Positions 1 to 12,500 of a stretch of 50,933 nucleotides of DNA are shown piece after piece. The stretch's first letter is position 1; every line of letters starts with the position of its first letter. The notes below the pieces were generated by a model. That model was not told the DNA's origin. It saw nothing but the letters and a program-made list of their open reading frames with translations, and searched no databases. The stretch is from Chiloscyllium plagiosum (taxonomy: Eukaryota): assembly GCF_004010195.1 (NCBI RefSeq), contig NW_025215095.1, positions 12,069 to 63,001 of the forward strand. Reading direction: 5' to 3'. The translations under genes were made by a program, and so were the position numbers.

Positions 1-84
1 TGCCCCCCTCCAACCCCTCCCCCCCCCGACCTTGTTATAGCCCAATACCTGCTCTCCCACCCTCAGCCTGTTTTGACTGCACCA

Positions 85-150
85 GAAACCGAAACTTCAC
101 GTCATGAACCAACCGGACCTGAGCCTGGAGTGTTTAGGGAAACCGAAACT
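85..150 (+). promoter_or_regulatory. Tandem ISREs (85-96, 137-150) plus a CRE/UPRE-like site (97-104) upstream of the TRIM gene
   Basis: GAAACCGAAACT occurs twice, the second as GGGAAACCGAAACT (ISG15-type ISRE); TCACGTCA is TGACGTGA on the minus strand; 85-150 nt before the ATG. Confidence 0.8.
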
Positions 151-234
151 AGAGCGTGAGAGATCCGGAGAGCGCTGGGGGGTGTTGCTGACACTGTGCC
201 CGGTTGCTGTAGTGCAGCCAGTGGCTCTGGGACG

Positions 235-555
235 ATGCTGAGCGGCGCGATGTGCCCCCTCTGCCTGGATTGCTACCGGAACCCAGTGAAGAGCCCGTGC
301 GGCCACAGTTTCTGCAGGGGCTGCCTGCTTCAGGGTCAGGGTCAGGGTCAGGGTCAGCTGCTCTGCCCCCAGTGTCAGCAGGAGTTCACCCAGGCCAGCG
401 TCCGCCCTGCCAGGAGCCTCAGGAGGAAAGCAGAAAGGGCTCGGATACAGCTCAGCCGCCTGACCGAGGACCAGGCTCCATCAGCGGCACAGGGAGCGGG
501 CGGCTGCAGCGTCCAATCGAGCAGTTCCATGAAGGAGGTGGCCGGGCTCTATAAG
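235..555 (+). CDS. TRIM coding exon 1: RING finger and linker (no B-box)
   Basis: ATG at 235 with A at -3; CPLC..CGHSFCRGC..CPQC; ends KEVAGLYK then AAG|gtaag donor, phase 0. Confidence 0.92.
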
Positions 556-3500
556 GTAAGGAGGAGGGAGACAAGTCACACACACTCAGAGAGAGAGAGA
601 GAGCGAGAGAGAGGTGCAGAGTGACATCCACCTGAAAGGAAGGAAGAAAGAAAGGGAGAAATGGGCAAGTTTAAGGCGAGGGAAATCAGGAGAGAGAGAA
701 AACAACGGATGTCTGAAATAAATCAGGGAACGAGAGATGAGGGGAGGAAATGAAAGGGGAAACAAATGAGCAAGAAACAAGAATTTCGAGCAAATCGAGA
801 GAGAGAGAGAGAAACAAGTATAGGATTGCAAGACAGTAGGGAGAAAGTAAACGAGAGAAATCATTGTACCAGGGAATAAAAGTACACAGAGTGAGTGAGA
901 GAGAAATATTTCGAGGAAGTAAAGGAGAGAAATAATTGTGTGAGAGAAAGTTGAGAAAAAGAGATGATTGTGAGAGAGAGAAATGGTTGTGTGCGAGAGA
1001 CAAAGTTGAAAGGGAGAAACTTTCGACTAAAAAAGGTCGAGAGAGAGAGAGAGAAAAAGTCATGAGTGAGGTGACGTAGAAAATAAAGAGGGAAACGGAA
1101 TAAAATGCTAAAAAAAAAAGGTAGGAGAAAGAAAACAGCATTTGAAATGAGTCTGCTCCCGAGCTCGGTGTCAGGTGAAAAAAGCCAGGTTTGACTCTGA
1201 GGGCCCCACTGCCTTCTCCCGCCATTGCAACAACATCCCGTCTGACTGCGTTCGTTCGTTTTGATCCAGGAGATGCTGAGGAATAAACTGGGTTCCCTTC
1301 AGAAACAGAAGGAGCACCTTGACCAGTGCCGAGGCGTAGAGGCAGCCAACCGGGTGGAACTGAAGGTGAGATGTTGCACTCTGCTTGGGGCAAGTCCAAC
1401 CGATGGCTGCATGCCCGGACTTCCCTCCAGACCAATGTCCAGCCACATGAGGCTCCCCGGTCGAACTGAGTATCTAAAATGACTGAATGTCCAGAAACAA
1501 CACTGTCCGTTTTGTGTCCCCATGACCCCAGAGGTACAAGATACGACAGGATGAAATCCGGCTTCAACCGATCTGTCTTTGTTATTTAAGCAGTTGGTGT
1601 CTCGCTGGAACTGCCTACTTGTTTCAGTGAGACTGAGAGAAAGTGAAGATTGCAGATGCTGGAGGTTAGAGTTGAAAAGTGTGGACGCTGGAAAAGCACA
1701 GCAGGGCAGGCAGCATCCCAGGAGCAAGAGAATTGACGTTTCGGGCAAAAGCCCTTCATCAGGAATGTCACATTGCCTGTGCGGACTCTCTTGCTCCTGG
1801 GATGCTGCCTGACCTGCTGTGCTTTTCCAGCGTCCACACTTTTCAACTCTAACCTCCAGCATCTGCAATCTTCACTTTCTCTCAGTCTCACTGAAACAAG
1901 TAGGCAGTGCTGGGTTGACGTGGTAGCGCAGTGGCGTTTATCTCCAGACTATTAATCCGGAGACCCTGCTATTGTCCTGGGAACTAGGGTTCAAATCCCA
2001 CTACAGGCAGCTGGTGGGATTTTAAATCAATTAAAAATCGAAATTAAGAGTCTAATGATGACCATGAATCCACTGTCAATTGTCAGTAAAGCCCATATGG
2101 CTCACTAATGTTCTTTCGGGAAGAAAATGGTTGCTCAGTGACGCACTACTGTCTCACAGCGCCAGGATCCGGGTTCAATTCCCACCTCTGGCAACTGTCT
2201 GTGCGGAGTTTGCACATTCTCCCCGTGTCTGTGTGGGTTTCCTCTGGGTGCTTTGGTTTCCTCCCACAGTCCAAAGATGTGCAGGTTAGGTGAATTGGCC
2301 ATGCTAAATTGCCCGTAGTGTTAGAGGAATGGGCCTGGGTGGGTTGCTGTTGAGAGGGTCGGTGTGGACTTGTTGGGCCGAAGGGCCTGTTTCCACACTG
2401 TAGGGAATCTAATATCCTTCCGACAGGAAGGAGACCAGAATTGCACGCTATATTCCAAAAGTGGCATATCCACATACTTGAAAACAGTTCAAAGAGGCAT
2501 CATGAAGCTGTTTCCTGGGTTGAGGTGTTGACTTCTGAGAGGAGGTTGACCAGTTTGGACCGATACTGATGTGAGATTGGAAGAATAGGAGGTGATCTTA
2601 TCGACAATGTAAGATTCTGAGAGGGCTTGACAGGGCAGATGCTGAGGAGGAGAAACTAAGAGGCGCAGTTTAAAAACATGGAGGAACGGATTGAGATGGC
2701 GATGAGGAGGGAACATTTTTCTCAGAGGGTCGTTAATGTTCTGATGTGACACAGAGGCGCAGCACAACACATCACAGTAAAACTAAATCCTTCAAAGACT
2801 CTCAAAATTGACCCCGTGGTTTCTAACTAGACGAACCAATGCCAGACTTGGAGAATAAACAATCCTCAGCACCTGTCTGTAACTTAAACAAAAGTCTCAG
2901 CAATTTATTAGCAATGTAGTCACTTCAGCAGAATTAAAATTAAACAACAAAGTTTTTTTTTAGATTTAGATTACAGTGTGGAAACAGGCCCTTCGGCCCA
3001 ACAAGTCCACACCAACCCTCTGAACAGCAACCCACCCAGACCCCGAAGCGAAGCCCACCCATACCCCTACGTTTACCCCTTACCTAACACTACAGGCAAT
3101 TTAGTATGGCCAATTCACCTGACCCTGCACATCTTTGGATGGTGGGAGGAAACCGGAGCACCCGGAGGAAACCCACGCAGACACGGGGAGAACGTGCAAA
3201 CTCCACACAGTCAGTCGCCTGAGGCGGGAATTGAACCCGGGTCTTAGGCGCTGTGAGGCAGCAGTGCTAACCACTGTGCCACCGTGCCTCTGCTTGAAAC
3301 CAAAAAATCAGCTCCATTCACACAAAAGACAACCTCAAACAAACACAGTTGAGCAATTTCTCTATCCAGTGGAGACTGGATCTTCGGAGCTGAGTTCAAT
3401 TTTTTGATTGCGGGATTTGAGGAAGAGAGGAAAATGGAGTCCAGCCACAACCAATCCATGATCTTGTTGAACAGCTGAACAGACCTGATGGGCTGAATGG

Positions 3501-6500
3501 CCTACTCCTAGCCCTAGCTGTTATGATCAAATAAAGGCTTTTAAAGTCTCAACAGGTTTTGTTCGGGTCGGTAAAAAGCAAAGGGCGATGAATGTGAGTT
3601 GGTCACCAAGAACTATCTGTGGGTCAACCCACAGCAGGTGGACTGCAGCAGTTCAAGAAGGCAATTCACCACCACTTTCTCAAGGGCAACTAGGGATGGG
3701 TAAGAAATGCTGGGCACAGCCAGTGATACCCGCATCCCAAAAATGAATAAATAAAAAAAAAAATCCAATAGAGAATCATTCTTTACCCAGGGAGTGGCGA
3801 GAATGAGTAGTCGCAACCAAAAGGAGTGGGTGAAGCAGATAACTGTATTTAATGTAGAAGATGATAAAGACGGATTGGAAAAAGAGATCTGGCCAATGCT
3901 GGATGTAAAGTGGTCAGGTAAATATTACATCATGTAATGTGGCAGGTAAATATTACGTAATGTCTGTGAGACTCTGTACCGCTGTGTCCCTATTTTATCC
4001 CCTTGAGTATTTACAGAGCCATGTGTCCAGTGTTTGACCTTAGAGTGTTCTTATGGAAGAGGAGACCATTCAGCCTGTCAGATCTGTGAGGGTTCTTTGT
4101 CAGAATCAAGCAATTGCAGAAACTCGGGATTTTATGAAGCAGAACATAAGGTCTAGGAGCAGGAGGAGGCAATTCAGCCCTTTGAGCCTGATATCACCTT
4201 GGCTTCAACTCCACATTCCTGTCCCCTCTCCATGACCCTTCAACCCTATTAAGTATTAAAAATCTGTCTATCTCCTCCTTAAGTTTACTCAATATGCCAG
4301 CACAGTCTGGGGCAGTAAATTCAAGATTCGTGGCCTTTTGAGAGAAGTAATTTCCCCTCAGATTTTAATTCTGCTACCCGTTAGCCTAAAACGATGACCT
4401 CCCTTTCTAGAATGCCCCGTGTGAGGAAACATCCTTTATGTGTCTACCTTGTCAATCCCCTTTAGTATTTTATATTCCTCAATTAGATCTCCAGTCATTC
4501 TTCGAAACTCTAGACAGTGTCGGCCTAAACTGATCAATCTCTCTTCGTAGCTCAAACCCCTCATCTCTGGAATCAATCTAGTGAACCTCAATGCAACTGT
4601 GTCCCTCCTCAAGGGACCAGAATTGGATACAATACTCCAGCAGCAGTCTCACTAATGCCGTGTACAGCTGCAGCAATGCTTTCCTGTTTTTACACTCTAT
4701 TTCTTTAGCAATAAATGTCAATAAAGGAGGCTATTCAATCTTTCATATCTGCGGCAGGTCTCCAGATGAACGTCAAAACTTGCTGTGATTCTCCTGCCTT
4801 TTCTGTGTAACCTTACACATTATTCTCTCAAACAGCTCAATTGAATTGTATCACACTCTGGGCAAGTGCATTCTGGGATTGGACCACGCATTGCGTGAAA
4901 GGGTGGTCAAATCTCATTGCATCTTTTTCAAGTCATGTCAAATCTCGGCCTTCTCATTCTTGATTTTATTTTTAAGAGCAAGCCAGTTTCTCCCTATCAA
5001 CTCAACTCCAGCCCCCTCATGATTTTGAAAATGTCTCTATCAGATCACCTTTTTTCACTTCAAGGAAGTCATCTCAACCACTCCAATCTATTCCGTTGAC
5101 TAAATTCTCTTCCACGGTCTCTCCAATGCACTCCTATCTTTAATATTGCCCAGAACTGTATACAATGCTCTATTAGAAAGCCCATATCCTTTTTTTGGCA
5201 TTTTTGATTCTTTATGTCCTATTTGCTGTAAGCAATAAAGTCAAAGACTTTATTGGTTGTTGGCCAGTTGCTCTGTGCCACCTACAAACAAATGAAGTTA
5301 ACCAGAGAAGGCAAATAGATGAGCAACAATTTCTGAAAAGCCAAAAGGATCATCTCAGTGCAGCCTGCTGACTTGGGCCATTGAACTGCCTTCTCCGCCT
5401 TTCCCTCCAGCCATAACACCAATGTTTTGTTTTTTTTCCATCTGTCTATGTTTATACGTATAGATTAGGTGGAGGATTTCAAGTCTGGGGGCATATTTTT
5501 AAGGTGAGAGGAGAAAGATTTAGAAAAGACATGAGGGGCAATTTTTTGATACAGAGTAGTTAATGTGTGGAATGAACTTCCAGAGGGAGTGATGGATGCG
5601 GGTACAATTACAATGTTTAGAAGTCATTTGGATAAGTACATGAATAAGAAATGTTTGGAGGGATATGGGCCAAATGCAGGCAGATGCGACTGAGAAAGTC
5701 GATAGCCTTAAATCCTTAAACATTTAGACTAAAATGTAATGTTGAATTATAGAACACATTTGCTGCACATTAGAAAACAGACAGGGAAGGTCGGGCCACG
5801 AGAAAAGGGGGAACCCAAGGTATGCAGAAGGTAAAAATATCTGTGCTCACCAAGTGGTAACAGGATGGTCTAAGGCAATTAAGAACATTTGCCTTAACAT
5901 CAGTTAATCTGTATAAACAGGACACCAAGTGATAACATGCATGGCAGTTCCCTTGTGAAATTAATGAGCGTTTGATTCTGACCCTGAAATGAAACTTGGC
6001 ACTATCAAAAGCCTTGTAATTGGCGATCAGGTCCTGTTAGTTATAATGGATTCTTATTACCCCTTGCAAGCCAGGCAGACACAGAGGGAAAAACATCTTT
6101 GCTGTTAACAAGACCCTGACTTGAGAGTTCAAAAGGACACTAGAGAGAGAGAGAGAGAGAGACCATCTTAGTGCTGAGGCTGCTGAAGCCAGTAGAAAAT
6201 TAACTCTTAGTGCTTACCTGCTATGGATTGAACTGAATTGCATTTTTGAGACTTTATGATTATATTGAGTAGCCATTACCGATTATTAAATACAAACTCT
6301 GTAAAAAGTAATATTGATGAAGCTTTAACTTACTTGCTGTTCTAGCAGACTATTCTACAGACCTTGCAGACTGCCCCACTGTCAATTCTAACTAATCAGA
6401 TCTTATGTCTTATTTGAATTTGAATCACAACACTGAAAAGAAAGCATGTTTAATTCAAAGAATCAGTTTAAGTGCGACCTCACGGTAACATCTCACCCTC

Positions 6501-9500
6501 AGGTACAGAATGATTCAGTGCTTAAAAAGCAGGAGTCTGCTCCGAGTTTAAAAATTATTCTAGGCCTAACATTGAAGAGATTCTGACACAATCTGTCAGG
6601 AAGCCATGTTGTGGTCAAAAGCTTGTCCTCCTTCCTGTTGTAAAACAACTGTATCTGACATGTGAGCTGTGCCAAGTTATTTTATGAATTCTCCAATTAG
6701 CTCAGACCGATACTTTTTTATGATAGGAACTTATCTTGCCAGCAGACCCCTACCTCGGCTGGTAACGTTTCTCCCATCTGATGAATGGCTTAGAGCCTGT
6801 AGGAATGATTAGTCAATTAACTTTTCTTCCTTACGAATTATTGTCTTTAACTGTCATCTGTCTAATTAAGAACATGCAATGTTTTTGTAAACTTTTGCAT
6901 AAAGAAAGCCACTTTGTATCAGGACATCAGAGTAGCCTGCTCGGGCTCTTCAAGAGCTGATAGCCTACTCTCCTGGGTTATTAGAACCTAGCTAGTTTAG
7001 CTTATTGGTATCAGTGTTATGTTGTAACAGTGATGCTATTGGTAAATAAAGGGGATAACTAAAATTAAACTAAACTGTCTGTGAGAGGTTTTTATCTTCC
7101 AGACTTCCAAAGAGTACGATCTCCGGGATGAACCAAGAGAGAGGCTTACAGGTCTGGGTCCACAAGGGATTCCCAGGGCTATCCCAAATCTGTACTTTAA
7201 CACGAGTAGTTTGATTTGGGAGTGTGTGTGTGTTCGTTCATTTAAGGGGGTTAGAATTCAACAGTGTGTAGTTTGACAGTTCACCTGCAGTTAGAAGCTA
7301 TTTATTTGCAATTAATGTTATTAAGCATAGAGACCTGGTTCATGCCTTTGTCAATCTCTGTCTTAAAAGACAGATAAATCGAGGTAGTTTGCATATTTTA
7401 ATAAAATCTTCCACTTTTGTGATGACTCCAGGAGCATCGGGGACTGATATCCAGCATTCTACATGCTCCTTTTTCCCCTTCCCAATCTTCCCTCAGTGCT
7501 CTGCAGAAATCCATGTTAAGTACCCAGTCCTGACTGTCTTCAAACTGTTTGTGCTCATTGTCACATGGCTACCCCGTGCTTGAGCTCACTGAATGTACCC
7601 ATCATGTACAATTACGAGAATGCATCACCGTCATCATATCTTTACATTCCTCTTAGTTCCAGTACTTGTCGCAAAAACGTCTTTAATTTCCCAAATTTCC
7701 CTGTTCAACAGAGTGGTCAGGATGGGAAACTTGTTGCCACTCAGAATAGTGGGGCTGAACAGAGTAGGTGCGTTTAAGGGGAAGCTGGGTAAACACATAA
7801 GGGAGAAAAATATAAAAGAGTATGTTAAGTTGGAGACACTCGTAAATGTGGGCGCAGACTTGCTTCAGTGTTGCAGTCAAAGACACCCCAATGCTATTTG
7901 ATCATGATGGGAGACTGTTTATCTTCCCCAGAAATATGTCAAAGATCTCCGGGAGAATATCACCTCGGAGTTTGCGGAATTGCAGCAGTTTCTCAGGAGA
8001 GAAGAGGCCACCTTGTTAGCGAGACTGGAAGAAAAGCAGAAGCTGGTGTCACGAGAAATAGAGGACAATATGATAAAGATTTCGCGAGACTTGGCCTCCA
8101 TTAATCAAACGATAAGCAAAGTAGAGAGCTTGCTGGATCTGCAAGAGATGGAACTGCTGCAGGTAATCACCTCCCTCCATTGTAGACTAGACACGGACGT
8201 GCAGACGCTGGAGAACTGAAACGGAAACAGAAATTGCCGGAGAAACTCAGCAGGTCTGCACTGGTTTAGTTTGGGATTGTGGTCAGCGTGCAGTGGATGG
8301 ACCAAAGGGTCTGTTTCTGTGCTACATGACTATGATTATGATTAAATGCAGCATCTATGGAGAGAAAGCAGAGTTAAATTGGGTAGAACCGGTTCTGATG
8401 AAAGGTCACTGGACTCGAAACATTAACTCTGTTTCTCTTTCTGCAGACAATGCCAGACCTACTTTGTAAATGACCTGCTAATCGCAACTCTCAAGTGGTA
8501 GAAACCAAACTGCCAGATCTGATAATGCAGCATGATCAAACCCACAGTTAACCTGACTCCTGCCACTGCACTTACCTCTGACTCAGAGATTAGTGGGTTC
8601 AAATTCCGCATCAGGGACTTGAGTTTGCAATGGTTGAGGCTTCAGTGAAAGCCCTGGGTGGTGGTGGGAGTTGGGGAATGGTGGTTGGCATTACCTTTCA
8701 AGTGAACTATATTCATAGAGTTAGACATCACGGAAACAGCCCCTTCGGTCCAACCAGTCCATGTCGAACATAATCCCAAACAGTTACTAATCCCACCTGC
8801 CTGCTCCTGGCCCATATCCCTCCAAACCTTTCGCAATCATGTACTTATGTCTTTTAAATGTTGTAACTGTGCTCACGTCCACCACTTCCTCAGGAAGTTC
8901 ATGCCACACGCAAACCACCCTCTGTGTAAACAATTTCTCCCACCTGCCTTTTTTGTTTAAATCTCTCTCCAATCGCCTTAAAAGTGTGTTCCCTAGTCTT
9001 GAAATTCCTCCATCCTCAGGATAACACAACTACCATTAACCCTATCTGTACCCCTCATGGACCTGTTTAAGGTCACCTCCTACGGTCCAGTGAAAAAAGT
9101 CCCAGCCTACCCAACCTTTCTTTCCAACTCAGACCTTCCAAACCCAGCAACATCCTGGCAAACTTCCTCTGAACTCTTCGAGGAGAAAGTGAGGACTGCA
9201 GATGCTGGGGATCAGAGCTTAAAAATGTGTTGCCGGAAAAGCGCAGCAAGTCAGGCAGCATCCAAGGAACAGGAGAATCGACGTTTCGGGCATAAGCCCT
9301 TCTTAGGAACAGGAGAATCGACGTTTCGGGCATAAGCCCTTCTTCAGGAATCATTCCTGAAGAAGGGCTTATGCCCGAAACGTCGATTCTCCTGTTCCTT
9401 GGATGCTGCCTGACCTGCTGTGCTTTTCCGGCAACACATTTTCAGCTTCCTCTGAACTCTCTCCGGCTTAAAACTCTAGGTCCTGTCTGCACCATTTCTC

Positions 9501-12500
9501 AAGAGAACAGTGAAACCGCCTGTCGTGGGGTTTTGAAAGACCTCTTCGGACACTTGGCCAGTATTTCTCTGTTATTTGTTATTTTAAGTTCCGTTGAAAG
9601 GTTGCATTTCCAACCTGTTAGATCAGATTCTCTCTCAGTGAAAGGCTGAGAGACTTGAACCTGTTCTCATTGACAAGAAGAAGGCTAAGAGGGGATTTGA
9701 TAGAGACATACATATGATCAGAGGATTAGATAGGGTAGACAGTGAAAGACTTTTTCCTAGGATGATGATGTCATCTTGTACGAGAGGGCAAATTGAGGGG
9801 TGATAGATTTAAAGCAGACGTTAGAGGCAGGTTCTTTACGCAGAGAGTGGTAAGGGCGTGGAATGCCCTACCTGCTAATGTAGTCAACTCAGCCACATTA
9901 GGGAGATTTAAACAATCCTTAGATAAGCACATGGATGATTTTGGGATAGTGTAGGTGGACGAGCAGAATATAATTCACAGGTCGGCGCAACATCGAGGGC
10001 TGAAGGACCTGTTCTGCGCTGTATTGTTCTATGTTCTATGATATGGCCAAGCCTCACTCACGTCTCCGTTTTTGTTTCAGGTTTTCAGCATCTGCAGTAT
10101 TTCACTTGGTGTTTGTGGCTACTGCACTTGAACTTTTCAAACTGTGTTCACACTGCAGCAGGCCGGGATCTCCAGCCTCGTGATAACTGTTAAACTAAAT
10201 TGAAAAGGGAAATGCTGGTGATGTCAGTGAGTTAGCAATTCTAGGCTAATTGGCCAAGAGTCAGGGGTTCAAGTCACATGAAACATCAACATCCAGTCAA
10301 TGAAATCTTTTATTGAGAGCTAACGGCACTCTGATAGTTGTCACCAATTGTTTATTGTAAAACAAAACCCATCCGGTCATCTTAGGGATCCTGACCTGGC
10401 CTTACCAGGCCCCAGTTCAAGGAAGGGTTCGCCAATGCTGATCTTGCTACCGAAGTCCACATCCCGTGAATGAGTTCAGGGAGTTATGTTTATTTATTTC
10501 TCACCCGTCCGTGAGATGGGGATATTGCTACACATTCTTTTTGTCAATATTTGCTGCAGTTCGGAGGGTCGGTGGAGTTGTTTCACTCAGACGCTGGCTC
10601 GGGCATCAGCGGTGAGTCCACAGGCAGGTGAGAGGGGCACTGTGTACAGGGGAGAAAAAGCCAACCTGGGGAGGTGGGGGGTGTTGGGAGAGAGACTCCG
10701 TGTTGCCAGGGGTGGGGTGGGTGTGGTGGGAAGGTGTTGGGGCGCTGGGGGCATGGACCGGTGGCAGAGGTTTTTAGCAGGTGAATGATAGATAAAGGCA
10801 GAAGAAGGTCTGTGATAGAGTGGAAGACATTAGAGGTCAATCATATTAGGGTAGGTGGGACAGGGCCAAATGGAGTGATAATGGGAGGGTGGGGGAGGAG
10901 CGAATAAGGTGTTACAACCCCTGGTGTTTGGAAGGGTGTGTGTGTTGGATTAGATTAGATTAGATTAAATTCCCTACAGTGTGGAAACAGGTCCTTCAGC
11001 CCAACAAGCCCACACCAACCCTCCAAACTGTAACTCACCCAGATCCATTTCCCTCTGACTAATGCGCCTAACACTATGGACAATTTAGCATGGCCAATTC
11101 ACCTGGCCTGCACATCTTTGGACTGTGGGAGTAAATGGAGAATGTATCCCAATGGTGGGAGGGGGACGTGAGCACCCTTGCCACCCCCTCAAACCCACCC
11201 CGTCTCCTCACTCCACACCCCCTCCATTACCCCTGACCACTCACTGTCCCCTTGCTGAACCTCGGTTCAATATTGTGGCTCTTCTCTGAGCATGTGCAGC
11301 CCTGCCTGCGACGGCAACTAGATTCCACGTGATGTGGCGCACGAGTGTGTTTCACGATTAGCACGCGTGTGCAGTGGGGCTCATGGTTCCAGGTGGCAGC
11401 AGACACTGCCAGTGGGTTTGTCCGAAGGAGGGGTGAATGGCGGAATAATGGGCTGGCAGCTCAGAACAAAAATAATGGGGGGAAAACTGAGCAGAAGACC
11501 AAAACTTCCAGTGACTAAAGAGATGGAATGGGGGAAGGGTTTTGAGAAACATGTCAGCCAGGATGGAATGGTGGAGCTGACTCGATGGGTTGAATGGCCA
11601 AATTCTGCTCCTATATCTAACGGTGATGAAACTGTTGACCTCAAAGCTGAGTCTGGAAAGCTGTGAAGTACTTCCTTGAAAGATTACTTGGGTGGCACAG
11701 TGGCTCAGTGGTTAGCCCTGTTGCCTCACAGCACCAGGGACCCGGGTTCGATTCCAGCCTCGGGTGACTGTCTGTGTGGAGTTTGCACATTCTCCCTGTG
11801 TCTGTGTGGGTTTCCTCCCACAATCCAAAGATGTGTAGGACAGGTGAAATGGTCATGCTAAGTTGTCCATAGTGTTAAGTTCATTAGTCAGGGATAATTA
11901 TAGGATGGGGGAAATGGGTCTGGCTGGGTTACTCTTCAGAAGGTTGGTGTGGATTTGTTGGGCCAAAGGGCCTGTTTCCACGCTGTAGGGTATCTTTAAA
12001 AAAAAGAGTTCCTTGAGTATCCATTGAACTCTGTTGGGACATTGAGGGAGGGTAAGGAATGAGAGTGGGAGCAAGATGGGGAATTAAAATGTCAAGTGAG
12101 CAGAAGCCTGGGTTCAGTCTTGCAGAGTGAACAGAGGTGTTTATTTCAGAATTCCAGTATGTGCAGGAGTTTGCTTCCACTTGGAATAGAATAGAACAGC
12201 AATATAAGCCACGTGTATTTTTACAAAAATAATAAGTGAATGGTTTTATAAGTTGACATAACACAGCACCTAACTTAATGACAGAGGTCATAAGTAAGAA
12301 GAACGAGAAAGGAAAAGTTCAATGGACAGCTCCTGTGTTCAGGACGCTGAAGTTGCCACACTGGGTGGGCCCATGCCGAGATGAGACCTTCCTACCGGGA
12401 ATGGACATCAACCCTGGGCTGCTGGAATATACCTGGAAGCTGTCGAAGATGGAGCAAGATGTCCACTCCAGGCCGAGACCACACCCTCCCCCTCCCCAGA

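Noticed and set aside
104..241. 45-codon upstream ORF overlapping the TRIM start codon
   Set aside because: Its ATG lies between the two ISREs, probably upstream of the transcription start; it cannot be supported without TSS data
686..1567. 293-aa minus-strand ORF
   Set aside because: Low-complexity Leu/Ser/Phe product of the GA-rich intron, antisense to exon 2
8218..8235. GAAACGGAAACAGAAATT IRF-like motif after exon 3
   Set aside because: Imperfect match within a repeat-derived sequence; such GAAA pairs are frequent by chance
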